A stretch of DNA of 64,000 bases from Nymphaea colorata (GCF_008831285.2 NC_045138.2:31930001-31994000); one strand, 5' to 3'; positions 38,257 through 56,253 are shown, counted from the stretch's first letter. The notes: a model not told the origin generated them from the letters alone. Translations and numbers: made by a program.

Positions 38257-40084
38257 CTTCCTGATGATTAGAAGTAATATCTATCTGTAATTTTTCAAGT
38301 CCCTGCCTGTCTCATACTGAATTCAAGTGAGAGCTCCTCTGTTTGGGTTGGCTTCTGTTGGAATGAGCTATGTCGGTCGGATTAATTTGTTCAGTACAGG
38401 TGTGCTGGTACCTTGCATGGCTAATTTCAAGCTCTCTTCCGGTGTCCATGTGTGTTTTCTTGTGGGAGGTGCTCGACATGCATGCAGAGTGTGCGTGGGG
38501 GCAGAGCCAAGGATTCTCTCTCTCTATCTCTCTCTTTTGTTGGGTGGGTTATTGACTTATTTTTTACTGTTTAACGTATTTTTTTAAACACATTTTTTGT
38601 GACTATGCTTGCTCCGCATTCTATTCTATAGTTTGTCAGTGCTATTCTCATGGTTCTTAGCAATATTGAAGTCACTGAAAAACTGTTAATACCATACCTG
38701 ACATTTTAACCATTCATTGTATACCACACATAATGTGCACATTCTAGTCCAGGTCTACGTTTGAGGAGAAGAAAAGAAGTTTTTGTGCTTCGAATAAGAT
38801 GATAATGGAGCGAAAGTGAATGGCGTCTCTTTTATCTATAAAGATACAACAAACTTAAGTGTGGGGGGATATTCTTCCGTAACCTTTCGCGAGAATTATT
38901 GCACAATGGAACATGAATAATTTTATAGCAAACACACCACACCAAATACAAGTGAGAATCATTTATTTAAGTTGGAAACCTTTTTTACGAAAATGAAAAC
39001 ATAATTTTCTCTCCAAGTTTTTTTTTTCTGTATAATTCATAGAGTCAAGAAAGGGACAGTCATCTCCAGCGTGGGCGAAGGTAGAAATTTCTGGTTAAGA
39101 GCCACTTGTAATAAAAATTTTAATTTTTTTGATAGAAATTTATGGTTAAGAGACACTTGTAATAAAATTTTAAAGGGAATCAATATATAAATGAACAAAT
39201 AGCCTTGTCTTGTCAATAAAAAAATAAACACTTTTTGTGGGTATGTTAGGCAATTTCCCACACATCTGCCTCCGCTCCTGATCTTGAGCACTACTATTAA
39301 TGTAGCAATCAAGGGAAGATCTCTTGCCATGGTTGATGTATAGTATAGAAGAACACAATATCTAATATGATCATTTTTATGTTATTAACATATAAAGGTA
39401 GGTGAAATGTCATGGGACCAAATAGCTTTCTAAAGGAAGCACAAAAAAAAATAGTGCCCCCACAGTCGCATGTTCTTGCCCCATGAACTATATTACTGCC
39501 CACAGAATGTCAGTTGATAAAACACTTGAAAAAATTAGTCATACTTTTCATTAATTTATTATAATTTTAATTTCTATAGAAGGCATACACATACAAAGAT
39601 ACATATATGTGTATATGCAAGTATGCCAATTTATGCTCCGGGGCTCAATTGTTAGATGAACAGTCATGGTTGAAACTCTTTGACGCGAAACTGGCAATGC
39701 AAACACCCCAATGCACAAAAAATTATGCACATAGGTGTATAATGATCAAAATGCCCTTAATTAAACTAAAAACGGAGTCTTTGTAAAAAGGGATTATGAA
39801 AAAGTTAAAAGTCTAAAAAGTATGGTTTTTATGAAAAATTTCTAAAATGCCCCAAATCGCCTTCTCTCTCTTCATGGAATACATGTTTCTATGACACATG
39901 CCACATGTGCATTTTGTTGTTGCTTAAAAAAAATATGGTAATTTAGGTAGAATTAGAAAATAGATTAACAATTACATAATTTTTTTTTATAAAACAAAAA
40001 GTAGTCTTTTAGATTTTAGATAATGTACATTAAAAGCATGCAATTACATGAACATAACGTTTTTCTTATCAAGTACCATTCAAC

Positions 40085-40218
40085 CAGGCGCGGAGACAGG
40101 TGTGGGCAATTGCTCATACGCACCCAACAAACTTCTTATTTTTATATTGATATTTCTAAATAATTTTTGTCATTACACATTAGTGACCCTTAATCAAAAT
40201 TTTCTGGCTCCGCCCGTG
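40085..40218. mobile_element. hAT-type MITE, 134 bp
   Basis: Imperfect TIR CAGGCGCGGAG/CTCCGCCCGTG; 8-bp TSD CATTCAAC/CATTCAAA. Confidence 0.65.
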
Positions 40219-40736
40219 CATTCAAAATAAAAGCCGATCCGATGGGATCCAATGGGCTAATGAACTGAAACCTGAACTTTGTTTTTTTCCACATAAAAAT
40301 GGGTAAACTTGATTTAGTTTATAACAACAAGGATTAACGTGAAGGTTTGTAAGACTTTTAGGTGCCAAACTATTTAACAAATAGCTCAATACATGGGATC
40401 TTTTGAAGGATGTGGTTGGTATGAGAACTAATAAACTACTACAAGAAACGAAACCACTCAATCTCTTCTTAAATGCTTATGCATGAAGACATTCTATGTC
40501 AATGCCGGATGTTTCCTGGAAGCATAACTTTTTTAAAAAAAATTAATGTTGGTGATAAAATATTTGATAAGTTTGACCGGTTATTATTTGCAGTCTTTGC
40601 TTGACTTAAGGGCCACATGGATGTACATGTGGATCATCCACTGGGATTTGGACAGGTCAACCACCCATTATATGTGAGACTCGATTGGAAGCCCTTGCTT
40701 CTGCTTACCCTGATCCCTTATAATTCTTTAATCTTT

Positions 40737-40798
<62 letters not shown>

Positions 40799-41764
40799 CA
40801 CTAGACACATGGATACTAGACGGATAAGGAGCAATCTCAACATTTTTCTAAAATCCATGGTTGAGAAAAAAATCAAGAAAAAAAAAGGTGCATGATATCA
40901 TGTGTGTGCATATAGGGAGAGTGTGTGTGTGTTAAAATACTTTTCTTTTATATAGTTTAACCATGTAGATTTGATCTTACGAATATTTTGATGAGAATCA
41001 TATGCTAAATTACTCATTTTTTGAGATTTAACATGTATCTGTAGTAATCCAAAAATGAACAGCTCTCACGACATCAAATTTTTATAGCAGAAAAATCAAT
41101 GTTTTTCTTAGTAAAACTTGAACAACGACATATTCATGCTGAATTGAGTATTTACAAATACATTATATGTTCATATGTTTACAATATTGTTTAACAATAG
41201 GCTTAGGAGGTCTCGCATTTGTCCCGGACCTAAGTGGCTTGTGCCAATTATCCTGCTTTGTGCCTTTGTTTTCAGAAATTTCTTCAGTTAGGGCGCCAAG
41301 GTATGAGACAAAAAGGTTTAGATCTCACTCTGAGGTGATAATAAGGCTGGTTTGCGTTTGGATCAGGTTCTAGTAGGTGGTCAATCTTCGTTTTCAACTC
41401 TTGTGGTGTCAACTTTCTGGCTGCAAAAAAGAATACATTGATATGCAAGTTGAAACATAGAAAAAACATCACCGAAACATCAAAAGCAGCCCTAAAAAGT
41501 ATAGGAGCATAACAGTGTATGGTAACTGGTTGTTGGGGTTCCTGATTTCATTTGCGGTTTTCTTAATATCAATAGGTGAATATTTTAGGCAACCTAACGA
41601 AGCATACTTTCATAAACCATCCATTGAGCATCTCACTAGTTTCTTGCAAAGAGAAAAATAATACCACCTGATCACCTTCTTACTTACTTAATCCTCCCAA
41701 CGACCTACGAATGCCATCCTTTTGTACCTCCTCATAAGCCCTTCTCTCTCTCTCTCTCTCTCTC

Positions 41765-45028
<3,264 letters not shown>

Positions 45029-45727
45029 TTGCAGCAGCAGCAACAATGGCAGGTAGCAATTGTTGTCAGGAGAAAATGCCAATGTTCAAGTGGGGTGCTA
45101 AATTTCGTGTTGCCAAGACCAGAAATTGATTGGTCGACGGCATAATCGCCTGAATTTTTTGTGATCAAGTGGATTGATTTTGGGGGAAGGAGATGATGCA
45201 AGTACTGTAATTTAATAATCTTCATGATAATTGATAGTTGTGTTCTTCAGACTTCAGAGTTCATTTATGAAAGACGAATCGCGAGATGCCGGTTCCCGAG
45301 TCTTTCAGCAAAGTTGTTTTTGTCGGAAAAATTTCCGGAAACTTACAACAAATTTACAAAAAAGTATCGGATAGAAATTAAGCAAATAAAAAGACTAAAG
45401 AGAAGACATTAGAAATAAGTTAAAATGACAAAAAAAAAAGTTTTTGAAGATGATATTAAAAATTTAATGCATGATGACATTAATGCTTTAATAAAGAGAT
45501 GAATGAAAAAAAAAGGAAAAACTCAAAAAAAACATGACAAATACTTTCCTCTTTTGCCCAACAGAGATAACACCCCGTTGACCATTTGAAAAATAAGTCT
45601 AAAGCCGTGGCGGAGCAAAAAAAAAACACATTTCACAGATTTTTATATTTGAAAGGGCACTTATATAAGTGACATAACAAATAGTTAACGATATTAATTT
45701 GGAAATAAAGAAACTTTTAACGGTCAG

Positions 45728-46145
45728 CCGTGATGTCAATATATTTGATTTGAATCGGATATCCAATCGATTCAATCCGAAAAAATCGGATATGGATAAA
45801 AATTTAATATCCGATTAAGAAATCGAATCGGATTCGGATATACATGAATATCGGATCGGATTCGGATTCAGATTCAGATAGGATTCATTTTTAAACAAAT
45901 ATCCTCTATCTAATACTTGAAAAATGGTAAAATTCGGTTCAAAATTTGGATTCGGATTCGGATATAAATATAAAAAACAGATTCGGATCGGATTCGGATT
46001 GTAAAATCAGATTCGGATTCGATTCAGATATGACTTTGCTTTATTCGAATTTGAATCTGAATCCGAGTCCGAATATATGAATATCCAAAAAAGTGGATAT
46101 GATTAAAGATGTATCCGATCCGAATCCGATCCGTTGACATCTCTA
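45728..46145. mobile_element. MITE with CGGAT/TTCGGA subterminal repeats (hAT-like end TTGACATCTCTA)
   Basis: Imperfect TIR GATGTCAA/TTGACATC and many GGATTC repeats; no clear TSD. Decayed relatives near 3600-3740 and 47075-47520. Confidence 0.65.
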
Positions 46146-46255
46146 AACCCATATGTGGCTGAGCTCCTGGTGTAGAGTGATAAGTTTCCCCACCAGGGAC
46201 ATATGTAAGCACTATTTAGCCTTGGGAATGACATCATTTCTATTCGTTTCATAAC

Positions 46256-46439
46256 GACCACGAGAGGTGGTAGTATACTAGGCAGCAAGGTGGTTCGGCT
46301 TTTATAAAGATTCAGGTTCGAGTCTTGGAAGGGTCAGTGTGCTTTATCTTTGAACCGTAAAATATCCTGAAACATGCTTTGTAAGAGGTTTTTTAAGGAC
46401 AGTGGAATGAACCACTCACCCTGAAAAAAAAAAAAAATT
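46256..46439 (+). mobile_element. tRNA-derived SINE, ~184 bp
   Basis: A-box-like TAGGCAGCAAGGTGG, B box GGTTCGAGTC, 3' poly(A) at 46424-46437, flanked by the direct repeat GTTTCATAAC (46246-46255 and 46440-46449). Confidence 0.75.
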
Positions 46440-47547
46440 GTTTCATAACACACTCTCTTTGATGGCAAGTAACCCTATTAACATCAACTGATCTTCTTTG
46501 CGATTAAGAGAGGTTGCTTGATACACCTCACAGAACCAGTGGCCGAGATTGCCCACACAAGCGGCAAGCCCACCAAAAACTTCATGGAAGAAGTTCAAAA
46601 TTAGATTGCAGTGACTGCAAAATTACAAGGGATGTGCACATCAAGCTGCGTTAATGACTGGAGCGCGTCTCAACCAAAAAATCCTGACTCCACCACTGCA
46701 AACTAAGAGAAATGATACAGAAGGCCTCATCCCCAGTTTTCCGACCAGAATTTAACACTTTTTTCAGCCACCTGCCTTCCATGCTATATTATTTCTCAAA
46801 TATTTCTCACGACAAAAGAAGGCCCAATCAGAATTTGAAATTTGTACCATAAAGGCAAGGAAGATTAAATTAGGATTGTTCCAAACTTTCAGCTTAGCAA
46901 ACCCAACTCCTCCCTCAGGCAGGGGGGAGCAAAGGGTGGACGACTCAAAATCATGATCGTTAGTTCAATCAATCTCATTTTTTGGGTCAAGCGAGGAAAG
47001 ATCACATCCCACTCAAACATTCAAAATAAATAAGCTGTCTCCAGCTATCCATCAGATCATAAGGCATATATATAAGTCGGATTTGGATCCAATATTCGAC
47101 CAAACTGTTTTACAAAATCAAATATGGAAATGAAAAAAAAAAAATTAACACCAGAGCAGAAAAATTGGGCTGCATTCGGATTTGAAAAGGGCATCTCATT
47201 GAGTTAAATAAATACCTAATCAGGTTTAATTGGGTGCAGGGTTGGATCGGATATAGTTTTAAATAAATATCCTATATACAGATATTCATACGTTTTGAAA
47301 GTCTGTTCTTGATGCAGTTCAAATTCGGGTTTGGATTATAGTATAAATTTAAAAATCATATTTGGACCAAATTCAGACTGTCAATATGGATTTGGGTTCG
47401 AATATGAAATGATCTTTTCTTCATTCCTAAGTGTTCATTCGAACCAGAATGTGTGAGCATAGGAAGAAGCATATCTAGTTAAGAGTAGATCAGATTTGAA
47501 AATCTGATCCATAGACATCAGTAGTGCATTCTCCCAATAACCTATAT

Positions 47548-47771
47548 GGGACAGTAATACTAAGGCTGGGCATTGGACCAGGTACTTGGCCAGATGAGCC
47601 CTGGTTCGGGCCCTAAAAAAGCATATCAGGCCAGCCCGATAACTTATCGAGCCAGCTCGGGACAGTAGTACTAAGGCTGGGCATTGGACCAGGTACTTGG
47701 CCAGATGAGCCCTGGTTCGGGCCCTAAAAAAGCATATCAGGCCAGCCCGATAACTTATCGAGCCAGCTCGG
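47548..47771. repeat. 111-bp near-perfect tandem duplication covering the left end of a TAAGGCTGGGCA MITE
   Basis: GGGACAGTA.TACTAAGGCTGGGCATTGGACC...GAGCCAGCTC twice. Confidence 0.9.
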
Positions 47772-47948
47772 GTTGGTCCAATTCAGCCTGATAAGTTTTT
47801 TTAATATTGTTTTTATTTTTATAATGATACATATTTTATGACGATTAATTATAGTTATGTATTATTTTATATTTTAAAAAATATTTTTTATTTTAACCGA
47901 ACCCGGCCGGGACTCGGTTTTTGAGTGTCGGGCCGGGCTTGGGCTGAG

Positions 47949-48073
<125 letters not shown>

Positions 48074-50186
48074 ATGACTTGAAGACAACCAATATGTAAA
48101 TAATTTAATTCTGTGAGACTGTGTGGGCGGCTGCCCATACAAGGCCGCTGTTGGCCATTAGAACATTGAACTCAGCTCAATTAGCCACATCAAAATGAAG
48201 CAAGCTAGCTAGCTTTTTGGCTGTTTTGCCAGATCCAACTTGCTAGACTGTTGATGAGTACATTCTTCCTTTCTGACTGTATTGTTGAACACACCCAACA
48301 TCAAATGAGTAGCTAAACTTTAAAATAAGAAGGATTTACGGGCGAAATATTTGTCAGTATAAGCTTATTTTTTAATACCATATGACAAGAATTACTGACG
48401 TAAAGATGCCAGCAATGGTTACATTTCCTAACGTGCTGCGTAACGTTAGGAAAGGTTTCAACGACGACTTCTCCAACGCGTAGCTTCGCATCAGGCGTGA
48501 ACAACGATATTTTGATTTATACTGACGTTCTTCATGCGCCAGTAAAAACTAGTTTCTTTTTTTTTTTTTTTGGATAAACAATTAGCCCATGCCAATTGCA
48601 ACTTATGAAGTTGTTGGACATCAAGTGTTTTTTTTTTTTTGTCGTGCAATCCAAAAGTTGATCTCTTGATATTCTATTCTCTTCTCTCTGTTAATATATA
48701 CATCAGAAAAGGAATCTTGGGCTCTAACAACTCAATAAAAAGTGGTTGTTTCATTCTTCAAGTTTCAATGTTTCAAGCTTATCTGTTGAATGTATGGTCA
48801 AGAGCATCTTCTTCCTTCTTTATCTTTTGTTTGTTTTTTTTTTTTAATTTTTTCTATATTCCTAGTACTGGATCTGTTAGTTGCATATTACTTCCTGATC
48901 AATAATAAGTCCCGAGTCAACGCTCTAACTGGAGGCGATCGTGAGCTGAGTTAATTTGAATTAATGAGCTCAAGCTGTGTCTGTTAAGCTTGATCGAATC
49001 GATCTAGCTCATGAATTGTGTCTGAGTATGACCTTATCTCAACTCCAAGGCAAATTTTTTCCTAATAATGAGCGCGTGCTAGACATGGAATGAACCAGCT
49101 CAAACTCGGCTTCACTCACGTACAGTTCGGCTCGAGCTTGCCTCGCTTAACCAAGTCGAAGTTTGAGCTCAACTCCTTTAAGCTTGTGTCACTTAATATA
49201 TAATTTATGTTTAAAATTTGGACATTTTTATTTAAGTCATTTGAAGTTTTTAAGATTACAAAAATAAGTATTAGTGTTAAACGAGTCTAATCAAGTTTAT
49301 TTGAGTTGAGTTCATCCAATTTGAACTCAAGTCATCTACAGGCTTGAGTTAACAGTTAAGCTTGAACTCAACTCATTTAACTTTTGAGTCAAGCTCAAGT
49401 CGAGCTTAACCGAGCGAGTTTTAGTCGAGCCCAAGTTGCCAATACAAAAAGATAATCTTACTATTATTTTATTGTTATTGAATAGACAAGCTGGGTTTAG
49501 AACCAATTTATGCCACCAGACATCCAACTTAAAGTTTTCTGTATTCCTAGTAATTGTAGGCTCTAATTGGCAATGCACAAAACAAAAATACTCTCTCAGC
49601 TTCAAGAAAATTTGAACTGTGATGCCGCTTTTTGAGATTATCGACGAAACAATGGACCCCAAAATGGGATTTTCCATCATTTAATTGCGGGAAAACTTGG
49701 GCAACTAACTTTCTCAGAAAAGAATTAAGATTGCATCAGGAAAATATATATATCCATGTTCTTGGCCTGTGGCCTTAATATACACCATCCTGCAACCATC
49801 TAAGTGCACTGCTCAAACATATTTCCTAACTTTCAAGGAAATTTGTTCCTTTATTTAGAAATCCCAATAGCTAGAAGCCTTCTCAGCTCATTCCTACCAA
49901 CATCTTCTTTCTCTTTGCACCAGCCGCGGATCCTGTTTATTCCTCCAAACAGATGGTAATGTAGCTATTGCTTCATCTTCTGCTGCTGCTGGTTCTTCTT
50001 CTTCTTTTCTTCTTTAATTGCTATAAACTGATGGTAATGTAGCTGTTGCCGCTGCTGCTCTTTTGCTGTAAGGACTATAATGTGTCTTGCTTCTATTAGA
50101 CTACTGGCCTAAGGAAATACTTGTTTGTCATTTCTAGTAGTACCCAAGAGACAAAAGTCACCTCTCTTTTCCCCTTCCTTCGGGGT

Positions 50187-50417
50187 CTAAGAGTGTTTTA
50201 AGACATGGGTTATTCTAAGGTACACTCTTCAACTTGAGTGTTGCACATATACTGTTTACTGTCTTAAGAGTGTTTTAAGACGTGGGTTATTCTAAGGTAC
50301 ACCTTCAACTTGAGTGTTGCTCATATACGATTTATTGTCTTAAGAGTGTTTTAAGACGTGGGTTATTCTATGATACACCCTTCAACTTGAGTGTTGCACA
50401 TATACTGTTTACTGTCT
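50187..50417. repeat. ~77-bp minisatellite, 3 copies
   Basis: TAAGAGTGTTTTAAGAC.TGGGTTATTCTA...TTCAACTTGAGTGTTGC.CATATAC three times. Confidence 0.9.
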
Positions 50418-51416
50418 AGGGGTGTAGCACCTAAGAAAATTGAATTGAAAATGCATCATCTGTATGTCCCTCGAGCTGACCAGTTATGCTACATTCTTCA
50501 AGACTGTTTCTGATTATTTTTAACCAGAATGTTTTCGAGTTGTCTATCACGTTAAACTGTTTGCTTTTGGATATTAGTAAAAACACTTTCCCTTCGTTTG
50601 GATCAGATTATGTAACATACAGTTTCTTGGCATAAGAAATAATTTAGGAGTTATAGTTTTAACCCTAAAATTTTGTGAACTCTACTGTGTTTATATTTAT
50701 AAGACACTACATCAGAATTTGAAAATAATAATACATATAAAAAGTATGTGACCTGGTCTTGCTCATGTTTTGAGCCAACGGAAAATGGATGTCCGATGGT
50801 TACAAAATCCACCCTCGGTGTACGTTCATTATGTACAAAGAGCAACGTATAGAACTTGTTCTCCAGATTGCCTACAAGATTGGCTCATAGTTTTTCCCTC
50901 TTTCTTCTCTCTCTCTCTCTTTCCTTTTTTGCTCGTTTTGTACCCTTGATGACATCTTGCCATCTAAATTTCTTAGTTGATTTCCATTTTATTGGTTCTT
51001 TGTCTCTTGCTTTCTATCTTTTTTTCTCTTCCTCCCTAAATGTGTGTATTTGGAAAAAATTGCCATTAGAACTATTTGATTAGACAGATAAAGTGAGCAT
51101 TCATGCACTCCTCATATTTGTTGGGTTTAATGTTCTTGTGCGTTTTGATAGGGCACTGATCTACATTATGTATATTTAACAAACAAATTTCAAGTCATAC
51201 TATTTAAATAGGTAAGGATAAGGTCAAGGGCGTCTAAGTCAAGTACAACTTAAAATGCATCAGATTTCAATGGATTAAAAATAAGGACTTTATTTCCAAA
51301 AATAAGATTAACAGCATGAATGATTTAATAAGAGAACCGGGATATATCTAGTTTGGCTATCGAATTTATTGACATAATTGGGCACAGATAGGTACACAAA
51401 ATTAAGGTCACACTTC

Positions 51417-51518
<102 letters not shown>

Positions 51519-51520
51519 TT

Positions 51521-52265
51521 GGCAAAATAAAGACACCTAAATCAGGGATAAAAAGGGATAAAAATCAGACAGTTCAAATTTAATTTTTAAAGTTTTTTTT
51601 TGTGCAATCTAACCTTATTGATATGATCTTAAGAATGAGTTGATGCTAAATACATAGTAAGTTGATCATTTATTAGACTTTAATGTTTTTATGGTAAAAA
51701 AAAATGAACGGCCCCCATGGCATGATAATAAATAAATTAACAGTTTTCATTAAAACAACCTGAATCAAAGCATGTTTTATATCTAAATAATCTTTATAAA
51801 TGTAATAAGATGTTTATGTCATATTTAAAATAGTTTTTGAATAAAAAATCGAAGGATCTAGCTTTTACCAACTACTATATATATATATATATATATAATG
51901 AAGGGTAGAAATCAGTCACTTAGGTTAGGGGTAAAAACCAGATCCTTTGATTTGATTTTTAAAATGTTTTTTTTTGTTGCAATCTAACCTTAGATCTTAA
52001 AGAATGGGTTGATGTAAAACATATATTAGATCATTTGTTAGATTTTAATGGTGTTTTTATAATAAGGAAAAAATGAACGGTCCTCATGACATGATAACAA
52101 AAAAAAATCAACTTTTTTTCATTAAAACTTGAATCAAATCATGTTTTGTATAAAAAATAGTCTTTATAAACATATTGACATGTTTATATTTTATTTAAAA
52201 CAGTTTTTTAACAAAAAAACAATGGTTCTGGTTTTTATCCCTGACCTAAGTGTCTTGGTTTTACC
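51521..52265. mobile_element. TIR element (Mutator-like MITE or two adjacent copies) next to (TA)n tracts
   Basis: ~33-bp imperfect TIR (GGCAAAATAAAGACACCTAAATCAGGGATAAAA versus reverse complement GGTAAAACCAAGACACTTAGGTCAGGGATAAAA). Two similar ~350-bp halves separated by (TA)n. Confidence 0.6.
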
Positions 52266-52811
52266 AAGATGGATACTAAAAGGAAGCAACACTACAAGTG
52301 AGACGAATATTAGAAACTGGCCCAAAGGTGAAAGCCGGGCTCGACTTGGTCAAAGCCATGTCGCAAGCTTTGAACGTCCAGGCCATTTTCAATCATTAAC
52401 CAGGTTGTGAAGTTTTATGCTGTTAACACAAACAAAATTCCATGTTTTTCTTAAAAGACAAAAGCAGGAAAGAACAAATCTGCACAAATGTTCTTTCCAA
52501 AATCTCTAAGTAAGAACAAGGGGACAGATGATGAATGCCAAAGTTTATATTTCTCCCCAAAAATCCCTCTAAAAATGGAGTTGAAGAGAACCTTAAATGG
52601 TCGAACCACTAAAAAAGAGTGGTTGTGACCAAAATGCCAAACCTAACTCGATTCACTCAAGCATTTGGAGGGGAAAGCAAAAGGACACAGGATATAAACA
52701 AGAAAAAGGAATAGGATTACAAAACCAGAAAGAGAATCACAAGTTATGTCGACGACCCAAGCCAAGGAATTGTTTTATGTGGTTGCGCGCCGAGTACATG
52801 CCAAAGAACTC

Positions 52812-55800
52812 TCAGCACTGTGTCTTCTTATCTATGTCCATTGGATCTGGGGGAGTATGCCTTCCTCCCTCTGGAACTTGACCTTTTGAAGAGTCAGTGG
52901 CCTGTTGTTGCCTCTCAGAAGGCTGTGAAGGGGTCCCTGTGGCCGTCTGGCGCTTGGGAGAAGTTGGTCTCGGCTTGTTCATAATCGGCCTGCAGAACCT
53001 GTTGTGCGGTTGACAAAAATACACATATCAAACTGTTTAATAAGTTCAACCTGAGAGACGTGAACCTTTCCAAAGATTGAACAATCAAAACCTCGTTCAA
53101 GTGCATTATAAAGATTATGAAGGCAACGATGTAAGATTATGTAGACTGTCTTAACTCTAGGATACTCCAATGCAGATAACATGGATTTGATTGATCAATT
53201 CTGAAGTACCTAAAGCTTGTATGCTTTTTTTTTTTTTATAATGAGTAATACATGAAACCACATCGAGGGTGGGGGTATGGGTGTTGGGGTGGTGGTGGGT
53301 AACTTGTTTTACCTGTCTAATGTCTCAGCCATCTTTTTCATATCTGCCGTCAGAAGTACAGGTGGGGCATACTTTGGCAATCCATCCTGCCGCTGCATTT
53401 TGTCCTTCAGCCATGCTTCTGCTTCCCTGCATTCCTTGACAATCTATCCACCAAACCAAAAAGTGCACCAAATACCAATCACTTCAAGGACAACATTTCA
53501 AATTAATATGTTAACACAGGAAGACACTTTACCAAATAGTTTTTGACCATAATCTATTCACAGCCCCATAACTTCACACTATCAAATAGCAATATCAAAA
53601 CAAATAAGACCAAAAAAATGACATGCTTGAGAGGATGGTTTCTGAAATTTGTAGTCTGGAATAACCAGGCGGAAAAGACTTACCCAAATCTACTCAAATT
53701 CAGTCCCCAAGCTGATTAAATTTCATGATTAAATTCCTTAGCTCAAGCTGATTAAATTTCATGATTAAATTCCTTAGCTCAAGCTGATTAAATTTCATGA
53801 TTAAATTCCTTAGCTCATACACTCAAAATCTTTTAGAAACCCAGGGATCATCCGGCACAATATATCCAGTGTACCGAAACACCAAACCCCAGACAACCGC
53901 AAACCAAGCAAAATAAGTATTGTTCCCAGTACCCATGAAACAATGCAGACACACCATTGGTGTCTTAAAAAAAGAATGAGAAACCAAATGACAGAAAAAT
54001 GAATACCTAAACTACAAAGAAACAATGTTACCTAAATTATTTATCACTCAAATCATTCTACAAAAAAACGTAAGTACCTTTTGCTTATCATTGATGTCTA
54101 CGTGATCAAATTTTGGATCTTTGGACAGTGCTGCCTCTCTGAAGCTATTAATGCAATAAAGAAGTTGTTGGACCATAGGCCCTCTCTCCAAACTCTCCTT
54201 GTAACGCTCCTCAAAGGGAACAGCTTGCTGCAAGCAAATTCATCTGACAAGGTATAGAAATAATCTTGGAAATACTTCATACAAAAGAAGACTATTACTC
54301 TAACTAATGTTGAAACATTCATATGAATATGAAAACTTGAAACTAAAAACCTTTTTGAGCTCCTCTAACTTTGCGACATAAACTCCTTTAGATTCATCCT
54401 CCCCATCCTCATATAGCCAATCTTCCACCTCTTGGAGCTTAGCAGAGAATCCCTCCTTTTCTGAGTCACTAACAAACTCCTGGTATTTGTCATGAAGCTG
54501 CCACCAAGAAAATCTAAATGTTTAAGAAAATTACGGCAGAAAGACAAACCTAGAGGATATCAAACCTTGCAAGCTCAAAAAGTTCATTTTGGCCCATTGA
54601 GGGCTCTCGATCCTGGAATATTTACAAAAAAGAAGATACAATTTTTACATACCCTATTTCTCATATCATACAATTTTTACATACCTTATTTCTCATATCA
54701 TACACATATGCCTCCACAGCATTCTTTTTTTCTTTGGTGTCTTCCATGAATCTGTCCTGCAAAGCCATTTCAAACTCCTTTTCAACAGCCTTCTGCACAT
54801 CTACTGTTGCCATCCCACCATACACTGTCTCCGACATGGGGACATTTCTCTTTTTCACCCTCCACTTGATATTCTCGACCTAAAAACAATTTTTCCTCGT
54901 ATAATTAATCACCTCAGACACAGAGAACTTGTTTTCCAATTTTCCCATAGCATGAACTTTTAAATACGTTGTGGTATGAAAATTTTTTAGGGCATGAGGC
55001 ACTTTTGAACTATAAACACAGGATATGCCTGAGGCCTTTAATGTCTATTCCATTTGAAATATTATGACTCAGACACTACGTTCCAAAAAAATCAATTTTA
55101 ATTTTGTAAAACAAAAAAATACATACTAGATTTAAGTTCTTTCATGAAACAACAATAAACTCCCTTTTTTTTGAAGCTCAAAACTTCAAATATTAACAGT
55201 ACTGGAGTATATTCTTATATACCTTTAGTATATTTTACCCAATTATAGAATAACTCTTCTCACGAAAATTTGACCCTTTTTAGTATGTGTGTAAATTATT
55301 AATCAAACAAGAACGAGATTAATATTTCCAAATCGACTAAATGAATATGCATTTATCATCTATGAATTCTAATATCCACAAAGCAGCAACTAGTCATCAT
55401 TATATACTTATCTCTAGACATGCAGTAACATCTATTATTTATCATATGCTTAAAATATTAACAGAAATGAATTTATTTTAATTATATCTTAGTATACATT
55501 TTGCACAACTTTAGAAGAACTTTTCTTATAAAAATTTGACTATTTTTAGTATGCCTCTATAAACTATTAAGTATTAATCAAATAAGAATTGTTAAGTTTG
55601 TGCGTATGGGGATCGGGTCTGTTCAGACCCGATCCACTTCTTTTATATCCACACGCCTAAGAATACTAGGTGGTGGCATTCTTGTAATATTTTATATATT
55701 TTTGTACAAATCTGTTGTAACCTAATTAGGTTAATGATTTTAATAGAGATTAAGGATTGCAGGGCTGTATTGGCCGACTGCATCTCTTCCTCCATCGTCT

Positions 55801-56253
55801 TGCTTTCTATCCTCTCTTCTCAATCTATCTTATTTTCAGCCGGAGAGACATGATTTAGTGAAGATTCTTACATGGTATCAGAGCCAGGTTGCAGCTGTTA
55901 AAATATAAAGCCTTCACCAGCACGTTGAAGAGGAGTCTCTTAGGATTCCACCTCCTTGTAGAATGTGTTAAAATATTTAATGTCCTTGTAACATGTGAAG
56001 AGTCTCCTAGGATTCTATGTTATAGTTAATATCCTTGTTATATGGGAAGTCTCCTAGGATTCTATGTTGTAGTTAATATCCTTGTAATATGTGAAGTCTC
56101 TTAGGTTTCTATGATGTAATTAATGTCCTTGGAGCTTGTGAAATCTCTTAGGATTCTACAATTGGAGACTCTTAGAATTCTGAAAATGAGATTATAAATA
56201 GAGGCCGTGCAAACCATTTTGGCTACGGCTTCTTCTCCTCAGTTTCTTCTTGT

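Noticed and set aside
53708..53817. 36-bp x3 repeat (and the 77-bp x3 repeat at 50187) as a CRISPR array
   Set aside because: No unique spacers, no cas genes, eukaryotic context; ordinary minisatellites.
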